Assembly: GCA_963842085.1 (NCBI GenBank)
Contig: CAWJET010000001.1
Location: forward strand, 576,001 to 640,000
From: an uncultured delta proteobacterium
GTDB lineage: Bacteria > Desulfobacterota > Binatia > Binatales > Binataceae
Direction: 5' to 3'
Length of the DNA stretch: 64,000 bases
Positions 1 through 10,928 of this stretch are shown here, one piece after another. A program made the position numbers and the translations under genes. Position 1 is the stretch's first letter, and the number at the start of each line of letters is the position of its first letter. The notes under the pieces were generated by a model. That model had not been told where the DNA came from and made no database searches. It was given only the letters and a program-made list of their open reading frames with translations.

Positions 1-1
1 G

Positions 2-844
<843 letters not shown>

Positions 845-1185
845 TTTTTCGGGCGGATACCTGCTGACAATGGGCCCGCGCTTCGGGGGCGAACTACCGC
901 CTTGGACATATCGTGAGAAGAGGCGGAAGACCCTTCAGCACGCTGCGCAACTCGCTGACGGTGACGAACACGACGAACAACAGCCAACATATCGAAGCCG
1001 TCAAAGTGAGCGTCGGGCTGTGCACGAATATGAAGGCGAAAGAATTTAAGAAGATGGTTGCTTTGGGCCGGTACCCGCCAATGTATTCAAACTGACCCAT
1101 TACAGGCCCAATTGGTGCGTATCTATCCGTTTTTCGGTGGCGCTTTCCGTGAGCGACGGGCTATGCTCACTGGAAGAGTTGGTCA

Positions 1186-1431
1186 ATGAAGCGACGGCTT
1201 AAGGCTAGGAAATCAACTTTGCCGGATGCGAATCATCCGGAAAACAAAACCAGACAACTCTTGGCCGCCTTGCCTCCGGAGGAACAACGAATCGTAAGAA
1301 TGCGCTTCGGCATCGATAGTGAAGATTATGCAGTAAAAGAGGTCGCCCGGGTTCTCGGAATCTCGGAGGCTGAAGTCCGCGCAGTAGAGGATAAGTTTCT
1401 CGGGCGATTTAGACAAACCGGACCAACCTAG
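1186..1431 (+). CDS. Stand-alone sigma70 region 4-like HTH protein
   Basis: LAALPPEEQRIVRMRFGID..YAVKEVARVLGISEAEVRAVE resembles sigma70 r4 (LxxLxxREqxVlrlRFGl...TLeEvg..lgvs.ErVRqiE). Confidence 0.7.
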   Translation: MKRRLKARKSTLPDANHPENKTRQLLAALPPEEQRIVRMRFGIDSEDYAVKEVARVLGISEAEVRAVEDKFLGRFRQTGPT

Positions 1432-1455
1432 CGCAACTCGAAAGGAGTCCTCCCG

Positions 1456-1946
1456 ATGCCGACCAAGAAGAAACCCTCTCCGGCGCGACACAAGCCCGTC
1501 CGCCGAGCTCACAAGACCTCATCCACCGTGCCCAGGGCCCCCAAAGCCGCCAGCAGTTTTTCCGCGATGGCGTCGACGCAACTCAAGCAGTTGCGGAAAA
1601 CGGTCGATCAGCTCAAGGCTCGCCTCGAGAAAGAAGCCAGGGCGCGCTTGGCCGCTTCGACCGTTATTGGCGAGGCGAAGAAGGCTCGCGAAACCCTTAA
1701 GGTACAAATGAAGGCACTGCGCGACCAGGGCGCCAGCTTGACCAAGGAACTGAAGAAGGCGATGAGCCATGCCAGCAGGCGCGAAAACGCGCGTCAGCAG
1801 GCGGTCGTCAAGACTTCCGAGTTGCGTGCCGAACTCGCGCGCCGGACCGAGGAACTGAAACGCAAATCAGAAGAACTCGCCAGGCTGGCAATGGAATCCG
1901 CCGGGCGCGCCAAGGACATCATGATGAGTGGGGGATCGTCTGGGGC
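1456..1946 (+). pseudogene. Basic coiled-coil protein, C-terminus cut by IS3
   Basis: AAGGAG RBS, K/R-rich N-terminus and long heptad-like A/K/E/R region. The ORF runs into the IS3 left end at 1947. Confidence 0.6.
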
Positions 1947-2034
1947 TGTTCCCCGTCAGCACAAGTTGGACAATTCGAGGCGATTGAGGAAGAGAGGGTT
2001 TTTGGCTCATCTTTAACCGCGGAAGGAGCGGTAG

Positions 2035-2409
2035 ATGAGATCGAAAATCGATGCGCAGTCGGATGGGGCGGAAAAGGCGGTACGCGACATAAGGCGGGCG
2101 ACCCGCCGGCACTTCTCGGCTGAGGACAAGGTCCGGATCGTGATCGCCGGCCTGCGCGGCGAGGATAGCGTGGCCGAGTTGTGCCGCAAGGAAGGGATCA
2201 ACCAGAACCTCTACTATCGCTGGTCCAAGGACTTCCTGGAGGCGGGCAAGAGGCGGCTGGCCGGCGATACCGCGCGTGAAGCGACCAGCGATGAAGTCAA
2301 GGAGCTGCGGGCGGAGAGCCATCAGCTCAAGGAACTGCTGGCCGAACTGATGATGGAGAACCGCCTGCTCAAAAAAAGCGTGCTGGCGGATGGGGAGTCC
2401 GATATATGA
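2035..2409 (+). CDS. IS3 transposase OrfA (HTH)
   Basis: RRHFSAEDKVRIV...SVAELCRKEGI...YYRW. An A7G slippery site lies at 2371-2378, and the stop overlaps the orfB ATG (ATGA). Confidence 0.9.
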   Translation: MRSKIDAQSDGAEKAVRDIRRATRRHFSAEDKVRIVIAGLRGEDSVAELCRKEGINQNLYYRWSKDFLEAGKRRLAGDTAREATSDEVKELRAESHQLKELLAELMMENRLLKKSVLADGESDI

Positions 2410-3419
2410 GGTACGCGGCCGCCGAGAAGCTGGAGATCATCCGGCTGGTCGAGCAGTCGTCGCTGCCGGTGCGGCGCACCCTGGAGCAGATCGGCATCCC
2501 ACGGTCCACCTTCTATTGCTGGTACGATCGCTATCGAACTCGCGATGATGAAGGGCTGGAGGATCGCACGCCGGCGCCGCGGCGGGTGTGGAACAAGCTC
2601 CCAGCTGCAGTTACTCAGGCCGTGCTCGAGCTTGCGCTCAAAGAACCGCAGCTATCGCCGCGGGAGTTGGCGGTCTCGTTCGTCGACCAGCAGCAGTACT
2701 TCGTCTCGGAAGCCTCAGTTTATCGGCTGCTGAAGGCGCACGACCTGATCACCAGCCCGGCCTTCATCTTGATGAAGGCAGCCGACAGCTTCGCCCATCC
2801 AACCACCGCACCCAATCAACTCTGGCAGACCGACTTTACCTACCTGCGGGTGATCGGCTGGGGCTGGTTCTATCTGTCGACTGTCCTTGATGACTTCTCG
2901 CGCTATATCCTGGCCTGGAAGCTGTGTACCACCATGACTGCCACCGATGTCTCCGACACCCTCGCGATGGCGCTGCGCAACTCCGGGTTGGAGCGCGTCC
3001 GCGTCCGGCACCGGCCGCGCCTGCTGAGCGACAACGGACCGTCGTACGTGTCGGCCCAGCTTGGCTCCTGGCTCGCGGAGCATGGCATGATGCATACCCG
3101 CGGCAAGCCCTATCACCCGATGACCCAGGGTAAGATCGAACGTTACCATCGTTCGATGAAGAACCAGATCCTGCTCGAGAACTACTACCTGCCCGGTCAG
3201 CTCGAAGCGCGCCTGGCCGAGTTCGTCGACTACTACAACTCGCGCCGCTACCACGAAAGTCTCAACAACCTGACCCCGGCCGACGTCTACTTCGGCCGAG
3301 GTCCCGCGATTCTGTCACGGAGGAAAAATGCCAAACTGAAAACCATCGAAGCCAGACGCCGGCTGCATCATTCGTTCGCAGCCAAAGGTTCAACTCAGAT
3401 GGACCAGATCCTCTCTTAA
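2406..3419 (+). CDS. IS3 transposase OrfB (rve DDE core)
   Basis: WQTDFT, LSDNG and QGKIERYH DDE motifs. Confidence 0.93.
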   Translation: MRYAAAEKLEIIRLVEQSSLPVRRTLEQIGIPRSTFYCWYDRYRTRDDEGLEDRTPAPRRVWNKLPAAVTQAVLELALKEPQLSPRELAVSFVDQQQYFVSEASVYRLLKAHDLITSPAFILMKAADSFAHPTTAPNQLWQTDFTYLRVIGWGWFYLSTVLDDFSRYILAWKLCTTMTATDVSDTLAMALRNSGLERVRVRHRPRLLSDNGPSYVSAQLGSWLAEHGMMHTRGKPYHPMTQGKIERYHRSMKNQILLENYYLPGQLEARLAEFVDYYNSRRYHESLNNLTPADVYFGRGPAILSRRKNAKLKTIEARRRLHHSFAAKGSTQMDQILS

Positions 3420-3459
3420 TTCCTGTGCCAACTTGTCCAATAGGTTCTGACGACGTACA

Positions 3460-3880
3460 GTTCAAGGACCGGAACATTGAGATCTACGAGGACACTGATT
3501 TAGCCCAGTCGCTTCGCAACGCGGTCGGCATCGAGTCGCCGCGCGGTTTCAAGATCGGCAAGCCGAGTGTCGGAAAGAAAATTGACTTGGTCGTCGCGCT
3601 GGCGATGAGCGCATTGGCCGCGGTGCATCACGAACGAGCCGGCTGGGGTGTGCGGGAGTTCACTCGCCAAGCAGCCGAACGAGCAGCACTCGGCCTGCCG
3701 GAACCCCCGCCGGATACCACCTGGCAGGACGAGTACGACAACGAGAGGCGCAGGTTGCGGAACCTTTGTGCCGTGTGTCGCCGTGAGGTCGTTGGCACCG
3801 GCATCGACGAGCTCGGGAGGCGGTACCACCCTGAATGCTGGAGGGCTATCACCCTGAATGTTGGGAAGCGCCGAGCATGA
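3460..3880 (+). pseudogene. C-terminal fragment of a phage terminase large subunit-like gene, with a Cys/His tail
   Basis: SLRNAVGIESPRGFKIGKPSVGKKIDLVVALAMSAL resembles the TerL nuclease C-terminal KIDxxvAlxMA motif. The N-terminus is missing at the IS3 end. Confidence 0.6.
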
Positions 3881-4215
3881 TCATCTATCGGACCCTGCTC
3901 GATGAACTGGAGCGGAACGACCGGCTTTTCTGCTCCGACTGCTTCGAGCACACATTGCGGCACGCCCTCATCAAAGCGGCGCAAAAGGACGATCGTAACT
4001 TCCTGCTCTGCGAGAATTGCCGCGAACATTGGACGCCCGACCCGTCGGATTTAGCCGGCGCCATTCGCGATTGGGTGCTGGTGTTCACGACAGATGATCG
4101 CATGGCCGCCGTGCTGTGTGCCGAGTGCGCGGCTTCGCATCCCGAGCCCGCGATCGGCCTGCCGGAGATTGCGCGGTTGATCCTTTGGCGAAGCCCAGAC
4201 GGCCCGCTGCAGTGA
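3877..4215 (+). CDS. Small Cys-rich (three CxxC) hypothetical protein
   Basis: ATGA overlap with the upstream stop; CSDC, CENC and CAEC motifs. Confidence 0.55.
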   Translation: MIIYRTLLDELERNDRLFCSDCFEHTLRHALIKAAQKDDRNFLLCENCREHWTPDPSDLAGAIRDWVLVFTTDDRMAAVLCAECAASHPEPAIGLPEIARLILWRSPDGPLQ

Positions 4216-4590
4216 GGCGCCGCGCCATCACGTGTGCTTAAATTAGAAGTCGGATGGCCTTCATCGTACTCACTAAGACAATCGGGCCGAAGGGTCAGGT
4301 CCGTTATATCCAATTCGGAGAGCCCCACGAGACCATCCAAGAGGCTCGCAAAGTGGCTCAGTTCCCCAACTTGCGCGATCCAATCATCGTCGACCTCGCG
4401 CGCGCCGAGAAGGTTGAAAAGCTATAGCCCTGTTTCGCAAGGCGGATCGCGCGGACGGTCGCGCTGATAGGTGTCGAACGTGCCCAGCGGCGCGACAACG
4501 CAGCAAACAATAGGGAGTAGTCGGAAGAGTGACCCTCTGATCATCTCAATTCCCCAGTGATTTAGGGAACTTATCGCAGTGCACCGAGAT

Positions 4591-4626
4591 TTGCGATTAT
4601 TTCGATTGTTGCGTCTATTGCGATTA
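4591..4626 (+). promoter_or_regulatory. Four tandem 9-bp repeats, probable operator of the HTH/PIN operon
   Basis: TTGCGATTA-TTTCGATTG-TTGCGTCTA-TTGCGATTA, ending ~55 bp upstream of the ATG at 4683. Confidence 0.6.
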
Positions 4627-4682
4627 TAGGCTACAAAGGAGCTCAGGCGCCAGGGTTTGCCCATCCCCCAAGGAGGCCCAAC

Positions 4683-5141
4683 ATGAGACTCAGCCCCAAA
4701 AAGCTTGTTATCCCAACGACGAAGGAATCGAAACTTGCTGGCGAGGCCATCCAAAAACTGTCGTCTCACCTTTCCCGCGCGCGACAGGTCGACCTGATTT
4801 TGTCTACGCCTACCGGTAGTGCCGAACATGTCCCGGTGCCCGAACGGGCGGTAGAACTCCTTGCTGAAATCTTTCGTGAAACGGCCGCAGGCAACGCCGT
4901 TGCGGTATTGCCGGTGCATCGAGAATTGACGACGCAGGAGGCCGCCGATTTGATGAACGTCTCGCGGCCGTTCGTCATCAGTCTTGTCGAAAAAGGCGAG
5001 TTGCCGTGCCATAGGGTGGGCAGCCACCGCCGGATTCCGCTCGCCGCCGTGTTGGCACTAAAGTCGAAAGCTGATGCAGACCGCGACAAAGCTCTCGATT
5101 TCCTTGCCACGCAAGCTCAGGAATTAAAGCTCGGATACTGA
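4683..5141 (+). CDS. Excisionase-type HTH protein (antitoxin partner of PIN)
   Basis: AAGGAGG RBS; GNAVAVLPVHRELTTQEAADLMNVSRPFVISLVEKGELPCHRVGSHRRI; C-terminal AQELKLGY. Confidence 0.88.
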   Translation: MRLSPKKLVIPTTKESKLAGEAIQKLSSHLSRARQVDLILSTPTGSAEHVPVPERAVELLAEIFRETAAGNAVAVLPVHRELTTQEAADLMNVSRPFVISLVEKGELPCHRVGSHRRIPLAAVLALKSKADADRDKALDFLATQAQELKLGY

Positions 5142-5599
5142 GAGCAACTCAGTGGCCACCGACGCTGCGGTTCTGGACGCTTGCATCCTGTACCCCGCTC
5201 AACTCCGCGATTTTTTTCTGAGCTTGGCCGCGGCGGACCTTTTTCGACCGAAATGGTCGGACAAGATTCACGAAGAGTGGATCAATGCTTTGTTGGCGAA
5301 TCGCAGTGATCTTAAGCGAAGAGACCTCGAAATGACTCGCGATCAGATGAACAGATATTTTCTAGACTCCGTGGTACAAGGATTCGAGACATTAATTCCG
5401 ACGCTAACACTACCCGACCCGGATGACCGTCATGTCTTAGCTGCCGCTATCCATTCGCGCGCCCATGCGATCGTCACCGCGAACCTCCGACACTTTCCGG
5501 CCGCAGCACTAAAGCCACACGGCGTTGTGGCCGTAGGGCCCGACCAGTTCGCCAATTATTTGTTGGATCTTGACGAAAATGACGCGCTTTCGGCTCTAG

Positions 5600-6875
5600 C
5601 AGGCTGCGGAAAAAGTCCGGTTAGTTATGAATTTGTCCACTCCGGGTAGTTGTTAGTGTTATTGAGCGAGCATCTAAGGGCCAGCGCAGTGGAGCGCCGA
5701 CAGGTTCTGGTGTTCGCTTCAGGTGGCGATTGGCAAGAGGTTGCGCATCCTCACCAAGTTGTAGGCGGCGGCCGCGAAGGTAAACACCCAACCGACCCGG
5801 GCGGCACCCCGATGCCGGGTTTTGCGCAAGCCGCCGATGGTCTTCATCCAACCGAAGATCTCTTCCACCCGTTTGCGCTTGATCTGACTGATGGCGTAAC
5901 CCGGATGGCGAGTTGTGCGGTGGTCGATGGCGCTGTGCACTTTGCGCGCGACGTGCGGAGTAACCTGATGCGCGCGCAACTCACGCACCAATTCCTTCTG
6001 ATCGTAACCCTTATCGGCGCCCAGCGTGACTCGATGCTGGCCCGCGATCTGGGCCGCCATCGCGAGGGCCGCCTCGGGTTCGGCGCTGCCGCTGGCCTGA
6101 GTCAGCCGGGTGTTGACCACCAAGCCATGGCGATTGTCCATCTGCACGTGCCCGGCGTAACAGAGCTTGGCCTCTTTGCCCGACCCTTTGCGGGCCAGCC
6201 GTGCCTGGGGATCGGTGGTCGATTGGTGCGTGGCGTTGGTGCGTCGCTCACCATGGAAGTCCACGCTCGGGTTACCGGGATCATCGGGCGGGGTTTGCTG
6301 GTCGTCTCCTTTGCGCTTGAAACTCTTGTGTCCGGCCCAGGCCTCGATCAGGGTGCCGTCGACGGTAAAATGCTCGTTGGAGAGCAGGTCTTGGGCACGC
6401 GCTTGCTCGAGCACTGCGTTGAAAAAGCCCTGCGCTACCTCGGCCACCAGCAAGCGCTCGCGGTTCTTGGTGAAGACGGTCACGTCCCATACTGGGTCGT
6501 CGATGTTGAGCCCCACAAACCAGCGAAACAGGAAGTTGTAATCGAGCTGCTCCATCAAAAGTCGCTCACTGCGCACCGTGTAGAGCACCTGCAAGAGCAG
6601 CGCCCGCAGCAGCTTTTCGGGCGCGATCGACGGCCGCCCGCAGTTCGCGTAGACCGCGTCGAAGCGCCACGACGACTCCTTAAGGGCGGCGTCCACCATT
6701 ACCCGAATCGCTCGCAACGGATGATCCTTGGGTACTCGCCGCTCCGCCGATATGTAACTGAACATTCCGCTCTGCTGATGGTCCACCCCACGCATCACCG
6801 TCACCTCCTCCTACAACCTCTTCCTACTCCACTATATCCGATCGAGCGGAAAACTCCTCGTTTTTCCACAGCCTG
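5600..6875 (-). mobile_element. IS5-family insertion sequence, CTAG target duplication
   Basis: IRs CAGGCTGCGGAAAAA and (rc) CAGGCTGTGGAAAAA; CTAG at 5596-5599 and 6876-6879. Confidence 0.93.
5719..6804 (-). CDS. IS5-family transposase
   Basis: MRGVDHQQSGMFSY..RVPKDHPLR, TVDGT, GADKGYD and RKRVEEIFGWMK motifs. Confidence 0.93.
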   Translation of the reverse strand: MTVMRGVDHQQSGMFSYISAERRVPKDHPLRAIRVMVDAALKESSWRFDAVYANCGRPSIAPEKLLRALLLQVLYTVRSERLLMEQLDYNFLFRWFVGLNIDDPVWDVTVFTKNRERLLVAEVAQGFFNAVLEQARAQDLLSNEHFTVDGTLIEAWAGHKSFKRKGDDQQTPPDDPGNPSVDFHGERRTNATHQSTTDPQARLARKGSGKEAKLCYAGHVQMDNRHGLVVNTRLTQASGSAEPEAALAMAAQIAGQHRVTLGADKGYDQKELVRELRAHQVTPHVARKVHSAIDHRTTRHPGYAISQIKRKRVEEIFGWMKTIGGLRKTRHRGAARVGWVFTFAAAAYNLVRMRNLLPIAT

Positions 6876-7101
6876 CTAGCGAAGATGCGGAGCCGACTAA
6901 GGGCGCCTGCAATGACGCCCACAGAATTTGTTGATTCTATTGAGAGAGGGGGCCTACCGGGGGTCGCTATACGATTGCGTCGCCATACAACTCAACTCTG
7001 AGGCTCTTGGCGCCTGGCAAGTGTGGCCGCTCGACGGTTTTGTCCACAGCCGATCCTGACTTCCGACGGCCGCGCGGTGCGCTGTCGGTCATGCCGCCGG
7101 C

Positions 7102-7722
7102 GTGAAGTTTCTTGAACTCACGGCTTGGCGAACGGCTGTGTTTGGAGTAATTCAGCGATCCGGGGGAACAAACCAAACGCTCAAGAGTTCACTCCTTGTT
7201 GGCATGGCGGCGATGTTCCTTGCTTCCAGCTGCGCAACTCTTTTCACCAGTAACGACGTAACTGTGCAGATGAACTCGGACCCGCCTGGTGCAAAATATG
7301 ATGTGGGCCCCTTCTCTGGAAAGACACCAGATTCAATAGCGGTTCCAAAGAAGTCAATACCGGACTTCGCCACTTTTGAGATGCCTGGGTACGAAAGACG
7401 CACTGTGCCGGTTGAATCGGGAATCGCGGGCGTCTTTTGGATAAACATACTGTTCTGGCCGGGGATGATCGTCGACATCGTGACGGGCGATTATAAGACG
7501 CTGTCAGTCACCGAGATCTCGGCGACCCTCACGCCTCTCGCTGCGAACACGGCCGGGACTTCGCCACTTGCTCCTTCCGCTTCAGCTCCAGCTCAGCCCG
7601 GGATCTCGCCAGCTGCTGCGATCGCTAGCGATCAACCGAAGACTAATTCCAAACCTGCCGCGGTTCCAGTGGTGAACCCCCAAGGCGGGAACCAATGGAA
7701 ATCGTCCGACAATCCGCACTGA
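7102..7722 (+). CDS. Lipoprotein with PEGA-like domain and P/A-rich tail (start uncertain)
   Basis: Lipobox-like LASSC-ATL; NSDPPGA, GKTP and WINILFWPGMIVDIVTG. Confidence 0.65.
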   Translation: MKFLELTAWRTAVFGVIQRSGGTNQTLKSSLLVGMAAMFLASSCATLFTSNDVTVQMNSDPPGAKYDVGPFSGKTPDSIAVPKKSIPDFATFEMPGYERRTVPVESGIAGVFWINILFWPGMIVDIVTGDYKTLSVTEISATLTPLAANTAGTSPLAPSASAPAQPGISPAAAIASDQPKTNSKPAAVPVVNPQGGNQWKSSDNPH

Positions 7723-7770
7723 GCTAGGGCTGAGCACTCCTACCCGGGCGCTACTCACCCGGCGTACCAA

Positions 7771-8450
7771 ATGAAAAACCATTTGATGTGGACAACTTCG
7801 CTCGTAGCTATGTGCTGCGCCAACCTCGCAGTAGCGGCCCAGTCTATTTCACCTGCGACAAAAGAAATACCTGCAACTCATCAAAGCGCTGTGCTTCCGC
7901 GAACGGGATCAGACGAACCAGCCGACACAGCCACCAGGCGTAATTCAGAATCAATTCTAGAGATTCCCCAAGCGGTGAAGGGTTGTTGGGAAGCAACAAT
8001 GGATGGGCCGCCAGATTCATTTCAATATATTAAGGGCCCTCAAATTGGCGGGTGGGCCCGGGTGAAAAAACGCTTTGCTTTATCGAGACTGCTTCCCATT
8101 CGTTTCAGATTACCTATCAGACTGCAAATGCAGACCTCGCCGATGCCGCAAGCAAGGGAGGTAGGATCAGCGACTTCCAGTCGAAGGTAGAGGTGATTGG
8201 GAGCGACGAAAAGGGAAACTTCACACTGCGCTCAGTTGCAAGCGATCGGCAGAGCCTAGGATGGTTCTGGGGTCAAGTCGAATATACGACCATTAGCCAG
8301 CTTGAATGCAAATTTGAAGCGGAGGATTTGGTCGTTCAGGCGTCCTCACTCTCAAGCTGTACCGGAGCGCCGCGATCAGGTTGCGATGGCGGCCCAACGA
8401 GTACTTCCCAAGCGCATTTAATATTTCATCGAGCACGGGGCATCCCTTGA
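7771..8450 (+). pseudogene. Secreted hypothetical protein split by a frameshift near 8065-8070 (A-run)
   Basis: Signal-peptide ORF 7771..8190 and overlapping ORF 8052..8450 join at GTGAAAAAACG if one A is added. Confidence 0.5.
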
Positions 8451-8933
8451 ATTTGACTGCGCCGCAAAGGACCTATACCAGCCCACAAGCGCGAGCGCGG
8501 CGAGCGTGGCGGGGGTTCACGCAGCCCTGTCCTTGGGCTTGGTTTCAAACTCTAGTTGGTTTCCCCCGCCGTTTCGTCACAGTTGGGCGCCGCTCCTTTT
8601 TCCTGAAAGCCGACCACTGATATAGAGTTGATCGCGACACAACGTGGCTCCGTTCAGATTATGAAATCCGTAGATGTATTACGGACGCTCCGGATGGAGC
8701 GATCATTTGCTGCTCGGGCATTCCCTTTTGTGAAAATTAGGTCCTTCGCGCTCTGGCCAATCTATTGGTCGCCCTGGCCATGAGCAGTCAACACGCAGGC
8801 GCTCATTGAGGACGTAAGACTCGCGACCAGCGCGAGCGCAGCGGCGTGGCGCGGCTTCATGCGACACTGAGTTAGCAGAGATTCCGAACGACCGACAAAT
8901 GGCGGGCACGGATTGTCAAATAGACGGCGCCCC

Positions 8934-9599
8934 TTAATCACGCGCTCGATTGCGAATGGCGACACGCTCGGCGTCGAAGGCTTTTCGCCGTTCCTCCCGC
9001 CTCCTCTCCTCCTCCATCTTCGCCTGGTAAGCTTCGCGCTTCCGTTTCTGCTCATGCTCACGGTGTTTGCTGTAGTGGTCTCGCGCCGACTGCCTGTTCG
9101 AACAGATGGCACCGCACGTTTTCGATCTGTCATTCAGCGCCACGAACAGCTTGTCGCAAATCGGACAGATCCGTAGGCGATCTACGTCGCGACCTTTCAG
9201 CGCGTCGACCAGCCTAGGGACGGTGTTTGCTACCACCTCCACCAGGCGGTTTTCCGTGATCGTGAATCTCGACGGCGGTCCCTCGATAATAGGAATATTC
9301 CCGAATGGGCCTACAGGCGCCTGCCTGACGGCCGCAATTTCGCGAAGAAACCCGAGCGCCTCATCGCGATGCCTCTGGCGAAAGTAGCGGACGGTGCGTT
9401 CGTCACGGATGTGCTGAACGTCCAGGCCCGGAGGTAGTGCTGCTTTGTCGGGGTTGTTGATGAAGGCCACCCACTTGATGAGCGGGCCATAGAGCTCGTT
9501 CATCGTCGGCCGATGCCGTTCACGCTGCCGCGATCGCCTGCGCGCTGCCTTGTTTTTCCTAGGCTGTTTCTGGCCAGTTGCCTTTTTTGGCTTATGCAC
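8934..9599 (-). CDS. CGNR-like zinc-finger protein, probable element regulator
   Basis: RLRICPICDKLFVALNDRSKTCGAICSNRQSARDHY; divergent from the HTH gene. Confidence 0.7.
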   Translation of the reverse strand: MHKPKKATGQKQPRKNKAARRRSRQRERHRPTMNELYGPLIKWVAFINNPDKAALPPGLDVQHIRDERTVRYFRQRHRDEALGFLREIAAVRQAPVGPFGNIPIIEGPPSRFTITENRLVEVVANTVPRLVDALKGRDVDRLRICPICDKLFVALNDRSKTCGAICSNRQSARDHYSKHREHEQKRKREAYQAKMEEERRREERRKAFDAERVAIRNRARD

Positions 9600-9651
9600 G
9601 CCTGTGCTTAAAATCCATCATGACGGTGGGTTTAGGTGTATAGTCCGAGAT

Positions 9652-9936
9652 ATGAGCGGAAAAAGCAAGGCGAAAGAGACAGTAGGAAAACCCGGACTCG
9701 ACTTGGCAATGAGAACAATTCAAATCCCGAAACTCGCAAGCCTCCTGGGCAAGTCCGAATTTGCGCGGCGATGGGGCAAATCCCCCCAGATGGTGGACTA
9801 CCTAGTCGGCCGGCGGAAACTGAAATTCATCATGACGGCGAACGGCCGGCTATTTTTCCCGGAGGACGTTGAGCGCCTTCGCCGTGAGCGCGAACAGCGG
9901 CACGTACAGAAGGCAGAAGCCGCGATCGAAACGTAA
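9652..9936 (+). CDS. MerR/Xis-like HTH protein
   Basis: LLGKSEFARRWGKSPQMV...GRRKLKFIMTANGRLFFPEDVERL. Confidence 0.65.
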   Translation: MSGKSKAKETVGKPGLDLAMRTIQIPKLASLLGKSEFARRWGKSPQMVDYLVGRRKLKFIMTANGRLFFPEDVERLRREREQRHVQKAEAAIET

Positions 9937-10016
9937 AAAAGATTGCCACGAAACCCTTGTGGCGCAGGGGCTTTGTGAGGGTTGAGTCTCAAATGGGGAG
10001 ACCGCAGGATTGAGGC

Positions 10017-10262
10017 ATGGCGAAGCAAATGAACGCAGAACAGCGCAACTGTCGGCTTGATCGACAGTTTAGGATTAGGCCGCTGGTTCTTTCTGTTCGG
10101 CAGACCGCCGTGATGCTTAACGTGTCGCCGCGGCTCGTGACTGAGCTGATACGCGCACGTGAGATCCGAAGTTTGAAGATTGGCGGCCGCCGGATGATTC
10201 CGGAGACGGCGATCGTCTCGTATGTGTCGCGCGGGATGGAGCGCGCGGCGACGGGCGGGTAG
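10017..10262 (+). CDS. Excisionase-family HTH_17 protein
   Basis: LSVRQTAVMLNVSPRLVTELIRAREIRSLKIGGRRMIPETAI. Confidence 0.8.
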   Translation: MAKQMNAEQRNCRLDRQFRIRPLVLSVRQTAVMLNVSPRLVTELIRAREIRSLKIGGRRMIPETAIVSYVSRGMERAATGG

Positions 10263-10313
10263 AGACAAAAACAAAAGCGCCGACGCGGTTAGTGGCCACG
10301 CCGGCGCAGAGAC

Positions 10314-10928
10314 ATGGAACATGCGGCAGTGTTACGAGTACCCAAACTCGCGCAAAAAAGCAATGCGCTAAGCGCAGAAGACCTCGCACATGAGCTCGGG
10401 CGCGGCCGCGAACGTCGTGTCGGGCGCTCATCGTATCGTGTGCCGTGCGTGGTGCACGGCGGTCGCAGTCTCGAGATTTCTGAGAAAAACGGAAAGACGC
10501 TCTTTCACTGTTGGGCCGGCTGTAGCCAGGACGAGGTGCTCGCCGCGTTAAGGTCTCGCGGATTATGGCGCCCGGGATCGGCACCGCGCCGGCGTTCGTT
10601 CAATTGGGCGGAACATCTACTGCCTCCGCCAGTGACTCCGAGCTGCTGCTTCGAGGTGCCGCATAATTGTGAGCATTGGCAGCAATTCGATACCGACATC
10701 GTGCTCGCTGAGCTTCATAAGAACCTTGTCGAAGCTGCGGATGAAATCGTCAACTTGTACCGCATCGCGGGGTATGCGCTCAGCGCAGCAGAGCTTCGCG
10801 AGGAAATTGAACTTGCGGTTAGCTTGGCAGGCAGCGCGATCACTCCATGGAATCTGGACCCGACGATCGTGAAAGCGATCATGGAAATTGTTGTGGTGGA
10901 GGTGGGGGTGAACGGTGATGGAAATTAA
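10314..10928 (+). CDS. Primase-type N-terminal zinc-binding protein
   Basis: VPCVVHGGRSLEISEKNGKTLFHCWAGCSQDEVLAALRSRGLW (CxxH...HCxAGC). Confidence 0.7.
   Translation: MEHAAVLRVPKLAQKSNALSAEDLAHELGRGRERRVGRSSYRVPCVVHGGRSLEISEKNGKTLFHCWAGCSQDEVLAALRSRGLWRPGSAPRRRSFNWAEHLLPPPVTPSCCFEVPHNCEHWQQFDTDIVLAELHKNLVEAADEIVNLYRIAGYALSAAELREEIELAVSLAGSAITPWNLDPTIVKAIMEIVVVEVGVNGDGN

Larger units (their letters stand above)
1947..3459 (+). mobile_element. IS3-family insertion sequence (1513 bp), no target-site duplication
   Basis: TG...CA ends with imperfect IRs TGTTCCCCGTCAGCACAAGTTGGACAA and (rc) TGTACGTCGTCAGAACCTATTGGACAA, plus orfA/orfB. The flanks GGGGC and GTTCA do not match. Confidence 0.9.
5152..7001 (+). 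pseudogene. PIN-domain (VapC-like) toxin interrupted by IS5
   Basis: VLDACILYP and LPDPDDRHVLAAA motifs. Removing the IS and one CTAG restores ...SALAKMRSRLRAPAMTPTEFVDSIERGGLPGVAIRLRRHTTQL* (stop at 7001). Confidence 0.88.

Noticed and set aside
3825-3866. Direct repeat CACCCTGAATG(C/T)TGG x2
   Set aside because: Only two copies inside a decayed coding region, with no further support for a function.
4216-4560. Possible minus-strand gene between the Zn-finger ORF and the TA operon
   Set aside because: The frames are broken by stops and have no recognisable motif.
5650-6879. 409-aa + strand ORF
   Set aside because: It is the antisense shadow of the IS5 transposase.
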